DNA of 64,000 nt from NCBI GenBank assembly GCA_000708835.1, contig DF237009.1, positions 124,001 to 188,000 on the forward strand. Direction: 5' to 3'. Source of the DNA: Klebsormidium nitens. Its lineage: Eukaryota > Plantae > Klebsormidiophyceae. A program made the position numbers and the translations under genes. Under the pieces are notes generated by a model. It saw only the letters and a program-made list of their open reading frames with translations, did not search any database and was not told where the DNA came from. Numbering within the stretch: position 1 is the stretch's first letter; every line of letters begins with the position of its first letter. This document shows positions 1 to 12,118 of the stretch, piece after piece.

Positions 1-78
1 TCTCAAGAAGTTCTAGTATGGTTATAGGTTGTTACTCCTCTGTACAAAAAGCAAAGAGTGGAGTATGATCTCACTTAC

Positions 79-1215
79 AGTCGACGATCGCAAAGAGCCC
101 CAGAAGCAGCAGCGCTGGATGCGCGCCGATCGCGCCTCCGATCGTCGCCGGACCCTGGGCGGGGCAATCTACCGGGGAACACTCCTCCGGCCAGACCGCG
201 CAAAAGGTTCCGTCTTTGCCCGGTAAACCCGCCAAAACCTCGCGGTAGCACTGCGCCACGCGGCCGCGCGCGACGAGCCGGCCGGTCCCCCGGGGGAAAA
301 GAAGGGCACCGAGGGAGCCCAGTAGAAGGACGAGGAGAGCAGAAACGGTGATGCTGACAAAGTGCAGTCTGCACGCATGAGAGGTCGGCGTTAAGCGAGC
401 TTGGTTTGTGTGGTTCGATGCCCTTCAATCAATCGTGGTTAAGGGGGACAGCTTCCTGTGACGGGGAAACAAAATGAGTCGGGGTTGAGGGAGGGCAGCG
501 GACAAGATGAAAGCGGGAAGTTCATAGATTCGCAAGCTTTCTTAAGGTGAACTTATTTTCGACCTTTGCCCCTGCGGAATTCGATAGGACTAGATTTTGG
601 CACAATTCAACTCCATTTTCTCCTCCGGTCAAATGACTCAAATCGCTCCTTCGGTGTCTTTTCTGAACTGATCTGAGGGGATTGCATGCGAAAAGGACAT
701 CTGAGATCAAATACAGTTCGAAGATCAAACCCAGTTCCCCCGCTTTCCAAAACTGGCGGCAGTCGGATCAGAATAATAAGTGCTCGTTTTGATTAGAAGT
801 GGAGGTCTATTTTGATTTTCGACTAGAGCAATCGGGGGCTAACTAAGATCTTGCAGCGTGCTTCTTTACGGAGAGGAAAACCCACAGATACCGGTTAGCT
901 GCAGGGTCAAAAGTCTGTTAGCGCCAGTCTGCGATGCATTAGGACTTCGACAAGTCACTAAAGTCTCCGCCGGGACGTTCCGAGCACCCCGTCGAAACAA
1001 CAACCTTCCCTGCGCGCTTGAAGTTTTCTCCGAGACAGCTCTGCTCACCGGCGACTCGACCCAAAGTGCTGCCGCGCCTTCTGCCCGAGCAAGTCCCCGG
1101 TCACACTCCCGAGGGCCAATAGCGCCACGACGAACAGCGGTGGTGCGCCCGGTTGCTGCTTCCCGAGACCCATGAGCGATTCTGGTTCGCCGGTTGCGGC
1201 GGAAGGGTCGATCAT
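79..1215 (-). CDS. Predicted multi-pass membrane protein, 5' part only (continues past position 1)
   Basis: Exon 1215-1049 (MIDPSAATG...PLFVVALLALGSVTGDLLGQKARQHFGSSR, donor CG|GTGAGC) joins in phase 2 to exon 353-79 (acceptor TTTGTCAG; ITVSALLVLLLGSLGALLFPRG...HPALLLLGLFAIVD, donor |GTAAGT). Codons are GC3-rich and there are three hydrophobic segments. No family recognised. Confidence 0.6.
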
Positions 1216-1542
1216 GTCCGCTGTCCACAGCCCCATCTGGAAAAGAACGGAAAGGGCGCTGTCAAGTTCTTCCTTCGCTCATTTTGGTTTCTCCTTTGCC
1301 GGACAACTATTCACTTCGCGTCGGCGCTCCTCGGTAAAGGTCGGACTCTAGCAACATCAGCCGCTCCTTGCTGCCAAGACACTCCTCGCGTTATGAACGT
1401 CTATAAATCTTCGAGTCTTGTGTTCGTGGTTCTTTTTCGCCTTCTTGGAAAGCGTGTTCCAACTTTTTCAGCGCGACGTAGATACTCATATTTGTATCCT
1501 TGAGCATCAGTACGTTACACGACCGCTGAAAGATTCCTGCCC

Positions 1543-4500
1543 TTAAGAGAACTGTTCATCGGGAAAGACCTGTTAACTGCATTGATGAGCATTTATCAGT
1601 TTGCAGACTGTGTAGCTAATGACTGTCAGATAAAACCAAAGAGATTGCGAAGCAAGGTCGCCGTCAGACTTCAATCGCAGACAACCCTTCTGATCCCACC
1701 TGGAAGGACTCCTTGTCGGTCGACAGCACGCCCTCCAGCCGCGCGCGCTCGCGCGCGCCGAGCGGCTTCTTCAGCGTCGCGTTCCCGGGCCGGTACCGCG
1801 CTAGCACGCCGCGCGCGCAGCGCGCGCGCGCGGCGTTGATCTCTGCAGCCGCGGCGCGCCACTCCGGGAGCGCCCGGTAGAGCACCCCAACCGCGGGGAT
1901 CGTAACGTTCGTAAGAACGTGGTACGGCTGCGGGCCTTTTGTGGATTCGCACCGGGGATAGAAATGATTGTTTTCTGGAAACCAGTCGGGGGCGCACTCC
2001 ACGAAGCGGCCGGCGGCGTCTCGGTCGGCGCAATGCACCGGGTGGTCCAGCTCCTGCAGATTCGCCGCGAGGGGGGGTAGGTTTGAGGAGATCATTGATC
2101 GGATTTCGATCTTCCCGCAGATTTTGCCGGGGAGGGAGGGGTAGATTTGAGTGAGAGAAAGGAGGGGGGCTGAGCGAAGTGTTGAAAATGGTAGTCCGGC
2201 TCCTGTAGATTTTGGCGGAAAGGGGGGTGGATTTGAGCAAGAAAGGGGGCTCAAGAAACTATCGAGATGATGACTTTCCTGTAGATTGCGCCGGGACGGG
2301 GAGTAGATTTGAGCAAGAGAAAGACAGGGGGAGCTCAGCAAAGTATCGACGATGGTCGTCCGGATCCGGCTCACATGTCCGTCTCGCGGCAACAGTATGA
2401 AGCATATCCGAATCAAGTTAAAAGCTGTCGGGAACTCCGTGTTTGCGGCACAGCAGTTCAGATCGACTTCAGACCGGGTTCGGACACAGGGCTTCTCGCA
2501 GTGCGCGCTTCTGGGCTATGGTTCGGACAGGTAGACGGCACACAGAAAAGGGCTACTTTCAGATTCTGGTTTGATGAAGCATTTTGACGGAGGCCTGTGC
2601 TCGGGTTTAAGAACAAGATCTGAATCCAGAATAAGATTGACATGCTCCGCTGATAACGTACCCACTCGATCCTAAACCAACCCTACCCGTCCCCTGGGCA
2701 CTGTTTTTAGTCGCCACCTGGCTTTTGGTCAACACAAAATCGCGAGAACTGGGAGATGTTTTTCAGTATAAATACGAATTCAAATAATAATGGAAAAGGG
2801 ATAATGCTTGCGACTGGATCAAGAGCAACGGCGTGATCGATCCACGCGTCTTCCACGAAGAATAAGGCCCATCCAATGGCCTTGGATTGGTCTCCATTTT
2901 CGAATGGAAGATTCCGGCAGTCTCGAGGCAGAAACGAAGGAAGGGAGTGACCAAATTAATTTCTGTACTGAAAACGCCACAAACCGGATGCTCCCGTTTT
3001 CTACTGGGCACAAAACCCAACCCTTGCTTTGCCCTTCGCTTTCAGTGCACAATCTTCCTACGGCCTTGAAACGGAAGGGTTTGGAAACGGTGTCAAAACT
3101 GTTACCTGCGGCCCGAGTATGATGACGTAACGAATACCGGCGTCCTCTACCGGGAAGAGGGCCCATTCGATGGCCTTGTAATGTTCGTGCGGGTGCTTCC
3201 GGTTCTGGGACTTTTTGTCCCACGTCAGCGCCTGGTAGCCCGCGATCATGTCCGGGAACTGCAGAAGGATCAACGGTGCGCGCGCAGAGTTTTTAACCGT
3301 GTGACTGGGAGACCAAATCGAACAGACTCGACTCGCTATTACTTCATTTTGTTTTAGTGAAAGCGATAATTTTCCCGGTAGTCAAACGAGTCGGGCAAGA
3401 GAACGGAGAGGTACCAATTCGCCCTCAGTAAGTCAAGAAACCGCAGGAGAGATCGACTCCGCTGACACTCAAAACTGCATGCATTGAGTTGCGTTGCGGG
3501 GAACTCACGTCAAAACTCACGCAAGCGGCACCTCCTAAGAAAGGAACGAATCTCAGGACCCTGCGAATCTTTGGCAGCAGACAATCGTTCAGATATGGCC
3601 TGATCAGACGCTCGTTACAAGTTCGATAATGAGACTTGGGGGATGACAAGAATCTAAGAAGGTCAAAGACCGGTTATGTGGTCCGGTAAGTAGACTCGAA
3701 GGCTGGTTATAGAGCCTTTGACCTGGGTTGCCTCCGAGAATGACGTCACAAAAGGGTTCCTGTGACCTCACCCGATAGCCCGGCGTCATCACCTCGGAGT
3801 AGTCGTGCGGATGTGGGCACGGGTGGTTCTGGTAAAAGTTGAGATCCAAACCACGTTTCCTGGTCACCAAAAACACGGCAAAAGAAAGCTTCAGAGCTTT
3901 GTCAGCAACAGAACGGTTTATCCTGAAACCCTCCGTCGCTTGAAACAATTGGGAATGCATTAATAAGCCCTAGCGTTTAAAAGAGTCCAAGCAAATAGGA
4001 GTAAAAGTCGTAGCCCGAACGGTTACGCGCTCCGCACTCAACCCACCCTAACCACCGAGCTAACCCCACCGCGGTTTCCCGGGCGCCTATCTAAGGCAAA
4101 CAACGGTTAGGTACATTGGGTTAACCAGAGTGCACTGAGGTTTACCTGTGGTCGGGGTTCATAAAGACGACATCCGGCCCGTAGACTTTGTTCGTCAGAC
4201 CCTGGTAGCAAGAGGAGTACTGCACAAGGCATAGGACAAAGTTCTGTCCATCAGTCCCGTCACCTCTCGTACAGCCCAGATTCTTGCTAGCGGTTTGTAA
4301 CGGCTTGGTTTCTGTGAAGATTAGTGCAATTCCTTAACTTTCTTCGGAAGCAACTGGACCGCAGCGTACGAGAGTGCATCGGCGTAAGCGGCCGCCTTTT
4401 TACATCCTCGCTTCTGGACAGAGAACACTGAGGCGGGGGTGGCAAGCATCGCTTTGCAGAAGAACATGTGGCTCCGGCTGACAATCTCCGAGCTCATTTA

Positions 4501-6805
4501 TAATTTTGCGTTCAAGCCCTCGAAGTACTATTGTTGGGAGAGCGCTCAGAACCAGCTCAACAGATTAATCCTCCTGACCACTTCTCAGGAAACCCCATGA
4601 CCCTATGACCCTCAAACTCTGAAAAAGGGTGTATTCTCACTAGAGCGTCGTACGGGTCCTCCCCCAGATCCACCCCGGCCCCCCCCAGGTACACCCGGTC
4701 GATTTGCCCCCGGGTCATGCCGGAGAATCGGTCGTCCAGCATGCGCTTCGCGCGGCAGACCGCCTGCGCCTCGGTGAGCCCCGCCCCGATTTGAACCAGC
4801 CCCGAGCTCTTGAGCGCGGGCACGATGTCCCAGATGAGCTCCTTGAAGAACTGCGCGCGCGCACAATGAGAAGGTTACGGGCTGGTTAGAAGCTGGTTAG
4901 TTGACCTATGAGCAGCCGGCCCGGGCTCTTGAGCGCGGGACAATGTCCCGATTGAGGTCCTTCAAGAGTGCGCGCAAGCGCAGATTTCGGCTGAGCAGCG
5001 TGGGCTTTACGAGAACTTTCGGCAGTAGATTACTCGGGTTACGGGCTGCATAGAAGCTGGTTATGCGCTCGATGAGCAGACTTGGGCGGAACCAGACTCG
5101 GGTAATACCCAGAACGATAACGAGGCTGAATTCCCGTGATGTGTCCGATAACTATACCCGTTATGTATCCGTTAACCAGACTTTATGCTGGCGATAGGTC
5201 TGGTTAGCAGCAAACCTTCCCCGGAGATTGACATGACTACGGAGTGCTTCGTTGAACCTAACGGCTTCAAAGCATTGCTAAGTTTGAGGTGCCCGGTGGG
5301 CGGAACACGGTGGAATCGAAGGAGTAAGGAAAGCTAGGGAGTGGAATCTGTGCTTTGAAAAGGATTGCGTTCACATTTCGTCCCCTAGCGGCACGTCAGC
5401 TCTTTCAAGCCTGAAGGTCTACCATGATAAAAGAGCGGAGCTTTGAGTAGCTCTTTCAAGCCTCTGTCAAGTGATGAAATGCCTCTTCTACCTTGATAAT
5501 TTGACCTACGCGAGACCAGGTTATGTGTGCAAATAGGCTGCTGCCACGTGGCACGCAGGTCGCGAGATTTTGAAGGAGGGCAGCGAGCGACGTAGAGCTT
5601 TTGCAGGCCCTTTGATTGTCGGTTCTGCCTCTGGTTGAAACCTCTGACACGCCTGAAACGAGTTGCAAGTCTTTCCCTTACGAATAAGTGCCAGGTGTCC
5701 TTGGGTGTACGACAATATGGAGAATGGTAGCAAGCTGCTACCAGCTGTTCCAGGCCTTCCTTACACCTTGATTCGAGACTCTTTGGCACGCTCAGAAAAG
5801 CTGGGACACGTTCTTGTTGAAGCTTCCTTACGATGACGTACCTTGTACTGGGGCCAGGGTCCCTTGTCGTCGGTGGGCCAGTGACCATTGTTCCTGCAAA
5901 ACATTTTCACATAGCGAATGAACAAGAGAATTTGATTCAGCAGAGCATTAGCGAAATAAAGAAAAGGTTAAGTACTACGAAGGAAGAGGGAAATTTCTAA
6001 AGACTGGTCATAAGCACCCGTTTTGGAAGAACGAGCATGGAACTGGATTGAAAGAGGTATGAGCAAGCAGCCAGCATGAAGCGGGTGGGTTGTGAGCTGA
6101 CAAACTTCAGACTTTTGCAAAGCTTTATATTTTCATCTGGAACAATTTCGCACGGAAACAAAAGACTAAACTTAAGACGATGGGGAGTAAGGAGACAAAC
6201 GTCGACGAAGAACCAGCGCGTTGCTATTGGATCTCGAAGCTCATCTTTCACTTAAAATTTCAAACGGATTGTCTGGGAAGTTATCCGAAGCACTCTCAGA
6301 ACGGAAAATACCTATCTGAACACCTTCACATGTCCAAAGTTCCAAAGGAAGCTGCATCCACCCATGATGTAAGCGATTCAACTGACGGGATTGCAAGATT
6401 GGGTGGCCCGAAGTTCTCGCACCAGCCGGTATGGATCATGTAGGGCAGATACTCCGACTGGTTCAGCAGCATCATCTTGTAGACCGTAAACAGCGCCGTC
6501 TCAAAGTACGCAAAGGGATCCCCCAGCATCGCGCGGGCCGCTTGCGTCAGATTCATGCCCTGGCTATTCCACACTGACGTCCCGGCATACGTCATCTGGT
6601 GGATCCCCCGGGGGACCGTTCCGTTGTAACCGGGGAACGGATTCCGGGCTTCTAGGTCTTCCACCAAGGGGCGGAAAGTGGCGATTCCGCCCGGGGGATC
6701 CAGACACCCACCGGGGGAGAAGTCGGGAACAGCTTGATCCGAGGCTGCTGATAGAGAGGTGAGAGCCAAGGAAAGCGCCAGAAAGAGCTTCAGAAGGGGA
6801 GCCAT
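1543..6805 (-). CDS. Unknown secreted glycoprotein, about 446 aa, 8 exons
   Basis: Exons 6805-6423, 5893-5842, 4850-4641, 4219-4146, 3859-3772, 3258-3106, 2053-1700, 1569-1543. All have GT/AG ends and consistent phases (total 1341 nt). N-terminal signal peptide MAPLLKLFLALSLALTSLSA. N-glycosylation sequons NGT, NLT, NQS, NVT, NAT. His-rich motifs HPCPHPHD and HPHEHY. The last micro-exon is the least certain. Confidence 0.75.
2053..2390 (-). repeat. Tandem array of about 4-5 diverged copies (62-87 bp spacing) of the exon-7 acceptor region
   Basis: Plus-strand units ctcctgcagattcg..gggggtaggtttgag (2051), ttcccgcagatttt..gggtagatttgag (2112), ctcctgtagatttt..gggtggatttgag (2200), ttcctgtagattg..gagtagatttgag (2276). 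On the minus strand these read pyrimidine tract + (C/T)RCAG|GAG. Confidence 0.85.
2645..2750 (-). mobile_element. Degenerate copy of the small TIR element family (see 34235-34425)
   Basis: aaccctacccgtcccctgggcac matches the reverse complement of 34277-34305. tttagtc...ggtcaacacaaaatcgcgaga resembles the TIR tttagtcaacatgg..agtcaacatgaaatcgaga. Confidence 0.6.
4029..4086 (-). mobile_element. Core fragment of the same small repeat family
   Basis: cgctccgcac..ccaccctaacc..aaccccacc..cccgggcgc aligns with the reverse complement of 34277-34333 (cgctccgcac..ccaccctaacc..aaccctacc..cccgggcgc). Confidence 0.6.
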
Positions 6806-8031
6806 GAGAGATAAAATCTAGCTGCGTCAGCTTTTTCTTAGAGACGACGAAAGGGTGGGAACCTCCAGGCCTCTGAAACAGACTGGGTGCCTTTTCTTGC
6901 GAAAGTGCGGCGGGCCCAAAGGGCAGAGACAGCAGCAGAAGACAGAAACGCAGCCCACAAGAAACCCAAAGCGGAAGGCCGGAGTTCCTCCTCTACAAAC
7001 TATTGCCTCCAAAGAATCTGTTCTTTGGTCTGCTAAGCAGTGCGTCTCTTTGATCCGTGTTGGGAAAGTGATTGACTGTAGGAAAGCAGAAGCCTAGATG
7101 GCACCGCGCACGTTCTCATGCCTTTTCAAGAACGTCAAGCATACTTCACCTCCATATTACACGCGTTGCCCAGGGCTTTTCAAGAACGTCAAGTAAAGGT
7201 TCATGTTTTTTTACGTTGGGAACCTCGAAAACTGCTCCGCGAAATGTCTGCCGCAAACTCCCATGTCGTACTTAACGAGACTCGGAGCTGCCGACGGCGG
7301 TTTGGTTACTTCCGGAATACCCATGTTGCGACGTTTCATGGTCGCCCAAGCTGGTCGAATTAGAGCACCTGACAGTTAGATAAGATGGCGACCACACATA
7401 GAGCCAGTTGGAACCTAGCGACCGCGGTCGCCGACCGCGCCTCCAAAGTCCGCGCGGATGGCAGACGTGAGATAAACCTGAATCAGTTTCCAGGAGTAGC
7501 AATGTAGGCTTCAACTTTACTGCCTTGCATAGCTTAGTCGACGCTTCGCGGGCATCGGGCTTGGATCTAAAGCAATGGAGTAAAGGCCCCGTACTTGACT
7601 TTCATACCCGTTGCCATAGAACCGTTGCAATGTACCTTTGCTAAAGACACGTACCAATGCTTGAAAAGCAGTAATCGGGGGAAGTGCTGAGACCGTGCAA
7701 GGCTGGTGCTCAGAAACCCATACTTCAGTGCATCGTGCAGGCGAAAGCACAAAATGGATGTAAAAATGTGTGGGTAAATATGGACGTTGGCGTAATGGCA
7801 TGATTTAATGTTGTATTCAATCTGTGAATCCTGCTCGCAGTGTGGCCCGTTGGGGCCAGGGGCACTAAGTTGTTTCAAACTAATTTGCGCTACGTTTGTT
7901 TGCACATCTGTAGAGTCCGCATTCCTGTAACTTTTGTCTGTACGACCGACGATTGAGCAAACCTGGTAACTGAAGATGGCGGGGCTCTTTTGGCCTCATG
8001 CAATGTTTCTAACTTACAAGCCACGTATTTT

Positions 8032-10762
8032 CTATTCCACCACCTCCTCGCAGAAGATGCAAAACTCGTTGAACGCCGCGCGCATGAGCGACCCCTCCGC
8101 CGCGCGGTGCTTCCGCGCAAACTGGTTGTACCAGTGGAAAACACGTGTCTCGTTGCGCATGCGCGCCCAAAAAGCCGCCTGCTCGTCGGCGCTCTTGGCG
8201 TCCCCATTCACACCGAAGTACGCCCAGATGTCCCGGTAGTAGATTGGGTAGATTGCCATGGTCGGCACGACGGTGTAACTGCCCTCCAGGTCCGCGCGCG
8301 CGAGCATGCGCTTGAGCAGCCCCGGGCCGTTGAACTCCCAATCCCACTGAGCCCGAGGAAAAATGAGGTTAGAAGTCCGTCACGTGGATTACCTTTACCG
8401 CGCTCTTAATCCGTGAGTCGAGAAGAAATACCGGCGTCAGCGTGCGGGCGACCCAATTCTATTTTGCTCACATTGTTGCCTTTCGAGAACGGAACATGAA
8501 TCTTACTTTGAAATCACTGGCGACACCATTGACAGACCGTGATATCGAGGTTTTTCAAACCATCGGAACGATCAGGGGGTCGAGACAGAATGGATTCCTT
8601 ACGTAAACCGTCCCCTGTATCACGACCAGAGTAGAAACCCGCGTTTGGGTTGGCCCTTATGAATAAATTCCTTCAATCGAAACCCTTTCTATCAAGTGCG
8701 GTTCGGCGGTTGCCAGACCGCAGAATGTTTCCAGCAGTCGAGAAATGATCAGCTTGATCAGAGTTACCTGGTTGTAATTGCCGCTTGCCTCGACCATGCA
8801 CTCGTACAGAAACGTGCTGCCCCGGTCGAACATCATCACGCCTCCTGCAAGTGTGAAGGACGAAATTAAGGAGTCGAGGGCCAAGGCTTGACAAAAACCT
8901 TCTGGACGATTCCTTTTTATTCTCCTATTTTTTCACCGATCAGACTTGCTCCCCCTTTCGTCCCTCGGGGAAGTACAACTTAAATAGCGGGGTGATCACC
9001 TCTTGATCGATCAAGCATGTTCGAGCAAATGGGCACACTAATTAGTCAAAATATAGATGCAGCTTTTCGAGATCCGGAAAAGACGCAGTTCTATGTGCAA
9101 AGTTCGAAGGAAAGCAGTCTCACCGTCCACTTCCTTATGGGTGCCGGTCTCGCCGTCCGTCAGCTGCGCGCCGAAGGCGTTTCGGACTCCCGTGACGTCA
9201 TTCATGACGATGCAGTCCGTGTCGATGTACACGCCTGCGGACGGGTGACGTCAAACTCTAGATCAGCTATAGACTTTAAAAGCAAGCAGCAGATGTCTGT
9301 GAGCGTCTCTAATCAATTGGTCAATTGTATCTGCTCAGGATCCACCCATGGTGGACCGAGTAGCCCAGAAAGAGGAGCGAAATCCATAGACGCGAACAGA
9401 ATGATGAGACGGATGAGGGATGGGGAGAAGGAAAAGGTTCTGATCGTCTGCAAATCAGACGGGCCTCATCACTTTGCTCTGAAAAGCTATCATAACCTTG
9501 GCAGCCCGCTCAGGGGTACCGCATGGTGAAATAACGACATATTCTTCCTGAAGTTCCACGTGTTGCATAATATCGAAAACGAAAACGAAAGCTTTTCGTT
9601 CGTGGATTTCAAAATCTTGGTCACTTCTAAATCCAACAAGGAAAGTTCTGAATCAGTGCTCACCTCCAAACTTGTACAGCACCGCAAGGCGCATGAGATC
9701 GGTGAAGTGCGAAAAGAAGTACTTTCCTTTGCGCCACTCGTCCACCTTCTTATACCAGACCTCCGCCGGTGTATACTTCAGCAGTGACGTCACGTCGAAT
9801 TCGTCAAGAATCAGTAGCCGGAACCCGCGGGTCTGCAGCTCGCTCATGAACCGGTTCTCGAACTTGAGCACCGAGAGAAAGATGACGCAAGCGGTCGGGT
9901 GCGTGACGAAAGCGCTCTCCACCGACCGCAGGTGCCGCATTTGGAAGCCGTCCGATTTGGCCGTTTTATTCGGCGAGCTAGTGGTTGTCCAAAATACGAA
10001 GAAAGTGAGCGGGCAAGCAGTGTCTCGAATGTAGTTCCCGATCACATTCCCGATGCCGGTCGCGGGGTGGTGGAAGCAACCGGGCTCTTCCGCCGGCCGG
10101 GTCCCCTGGTGAACCCCCGGGCTACCGACCATTTCCAAAGCCGGGTCAGTAACCGGGGTTTCCACGTTAATCTGATTACCGATCGTCTGCACATCCAATC
10201 CGGGCTCCTCCGGAGAATGTTCGGCTGTAGAAGAGCCATCTTTCACTTTTTTTCTCTCCCCTTCGAGACCTTCTGCAGGGATTGTTTCCGCCTCCTGATT
10301 TTTTGAGGAGACCTCTAACTCAGAGAAACTTGCTGCCCCTTCTCTGTTTGAGCCTTCCGTCGTATTAGACTCCTTCCCCAAAGCATCTGATTCTTTCATC
10401 TCGGACTTGGAACGTCCTGCCCTTTTTTCTCCAGAACCACTTCCTGAATCCTCTGCGGAGCTCATTTCCTTCTGAAAGACCTCTCGTGAAACTTCCAACT
10501 TCACAGAGTTCTCTCTCTCTTCTTTCACCCAGCTGATCTCCAAACCCTCTGCAGATTCGCCTGCAGCCTGCTCTGCCAGTGCAGGATCCTCTGCAACCGC
10601 GGAACTAGGGATGGCGGCGATGTCTACCGGGGGAGCCCCATCCTCCGCTGGTCTGACTCTGAAGTTCAGGAAGGGCTCCGAGGAGAGCCACGTGTAACAG
10701 AAAGTGCTCAGGATGACGAGCCAGAGCACCAGCTGCATAATGCTCTGCGGAGGGGTATTCAT
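8032..10762 (-). CDS. GT32 alpha-1,4-glycosyltransferase family protein (Gly_transf_sug + Gb3_synth type), type II Golgi membrane protein
   Basis: Exons 10762-9664, 9234-9124, 8844-8768, 8346-8032. N-terminal TM helix, then a long acidic stem. Family motifs FFVFW, RSVESAF, HFTDLMRLAVLYKFGGVYIDTD (DXD motif), GGVMMF, EFNGPGLL, IYPIYY, FHWYN. Confidence 0.9.
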
Positions 10763-12118
10763 TTTGTGAGTTTGTATGGCTCTGAAAGAAGGAAAACCTC
10801 CGCAGAAGAAGCTGATGAAAGGAAGCAGCCAAGATAAGAGACAAGGAGCAAAAGCAGAGGAGTTTCGTCAAAAGGAGCGTGGAAAGTGCTTCAACGCAAC
10901 AGGACTCGGATACTATTGCGGCTTCTCGAAGCAAGTGCCAGACTTTTGGACTTTGATCACTGCTAAGAAGAAGGAGAGGAGCGGAAGAGGAAGGTAGATT
11001 TACTGGCACTTGCTTTGAAGCCAGTCTTGACTCGGACCTCAAAGCCTTATAAGCACTTCCAGCGGCAACCCTATCTTCGCAACCCCTATTTCTGAAAGGT
11101 GTGCAGACAAGCACCAGTAGAAGCTTCGTCAGACCCCGAGGATGTGAGGACAGATTTGGTACTCCTCTTGAACCCGATTCAGCCTCGAATGAACAACCAG
11201 TGACTTTGTCCGGTATGTGACGACCACGAACAGGGTCTTATCGCTGTGACAGCTCGGCGAGAGACATATGCTGCGAGTACAGTGATGGTGTAGATTAAAC
11301 AAAGCGACAACGAAGCGGTCAAGTGCTTTAGTCGCAATGCTTCGAAAGTACTGAAGTCGCTAGTAGTAGGACAACTAGCTTACAAGGCAACATGCGCCTA
11401 AAATGAGGACTTTTCAGCAGGTGCCCCGCTTCAAGAAAGTTTTTTCGCCGGTTGCCCGAAGATAGTCCAAAGTTAACAGGCCGTTTGTACTCAAACCCAT
11501 CGATCCTTCGACCTCGAAGTTTCTCGATCAGACGCGCGCAAATACTTGGGAATTCGTTGCATCCCCACACCATGGCTCTCAATGACTGTCATCTATACAA
11601 AGAGTACCTTGTTCGGGTACAATCGTTCGTGAATAACGAACCGATACATGACAGCAAAGCTACTAAAGAACTTTTAATGAACGTTCGCGCCCTTCTTCGC
11701 ATTAACGCGTCTCTACTTCACCATTGCCGACTCGTTAACAGCTAGCTTGAGGAAAGACAGCACAACTGAGCAGTTGCAATGTTAGCCGCAAAAGTTGGCG
11801 CGGCAGGCACTTGCATCTTTGGAATGAATTCTTGGCACTTGGAAGCTGGACTTCGGATCTGGTAACTCAGCAGGAAAAACCCCAAAAACTCATGGATGTG
11901 CTGTCCGACCATCCGTTCTATTCTTTTCCCGGTCGACCTTGCTTCTGCCGACCTTGGCTTTTTCTATACAGTATAAGCTGCGCAAAAAGCGAACTGACAG
12001 CATCGTTCCTGATAGATGCAAGCGTTTACCAAGCGACCCATGGCCTGGCGCTCCAGGCTGTGGTATCGACTCGACACAAGCTTTCAGAGTGTAGAACCGG
12101 CTTGTTCGCAACTTCCGA

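Noticed and set aside
5385-5888. 167-aa ORF
   Set aside because: Starts out of frame inside exon 2 of the secreted-protein gene and runs into the intron. No motif and no GC3 bias.
6580-6625. VPRGIHQMTY as a GT32-type IPKIIHQTW motif in the secreted protein
   Set aside because: No DXD or other GT32 motifs follow, and a single loose match is insufficient.
7122-7193. Direct repeat cttttcaagaacgtcaag x2 (similar 29-bp doublet at 23197-23253)
   Set aside because: Short intergenic tandem duplications with no evidence of function.
11328-11745. Overlapping 84-aa (-) and 97-aa (+) ORFs, possibly a transposon remnant
   Set aside because: No recognisable domain, splice partners or termini.
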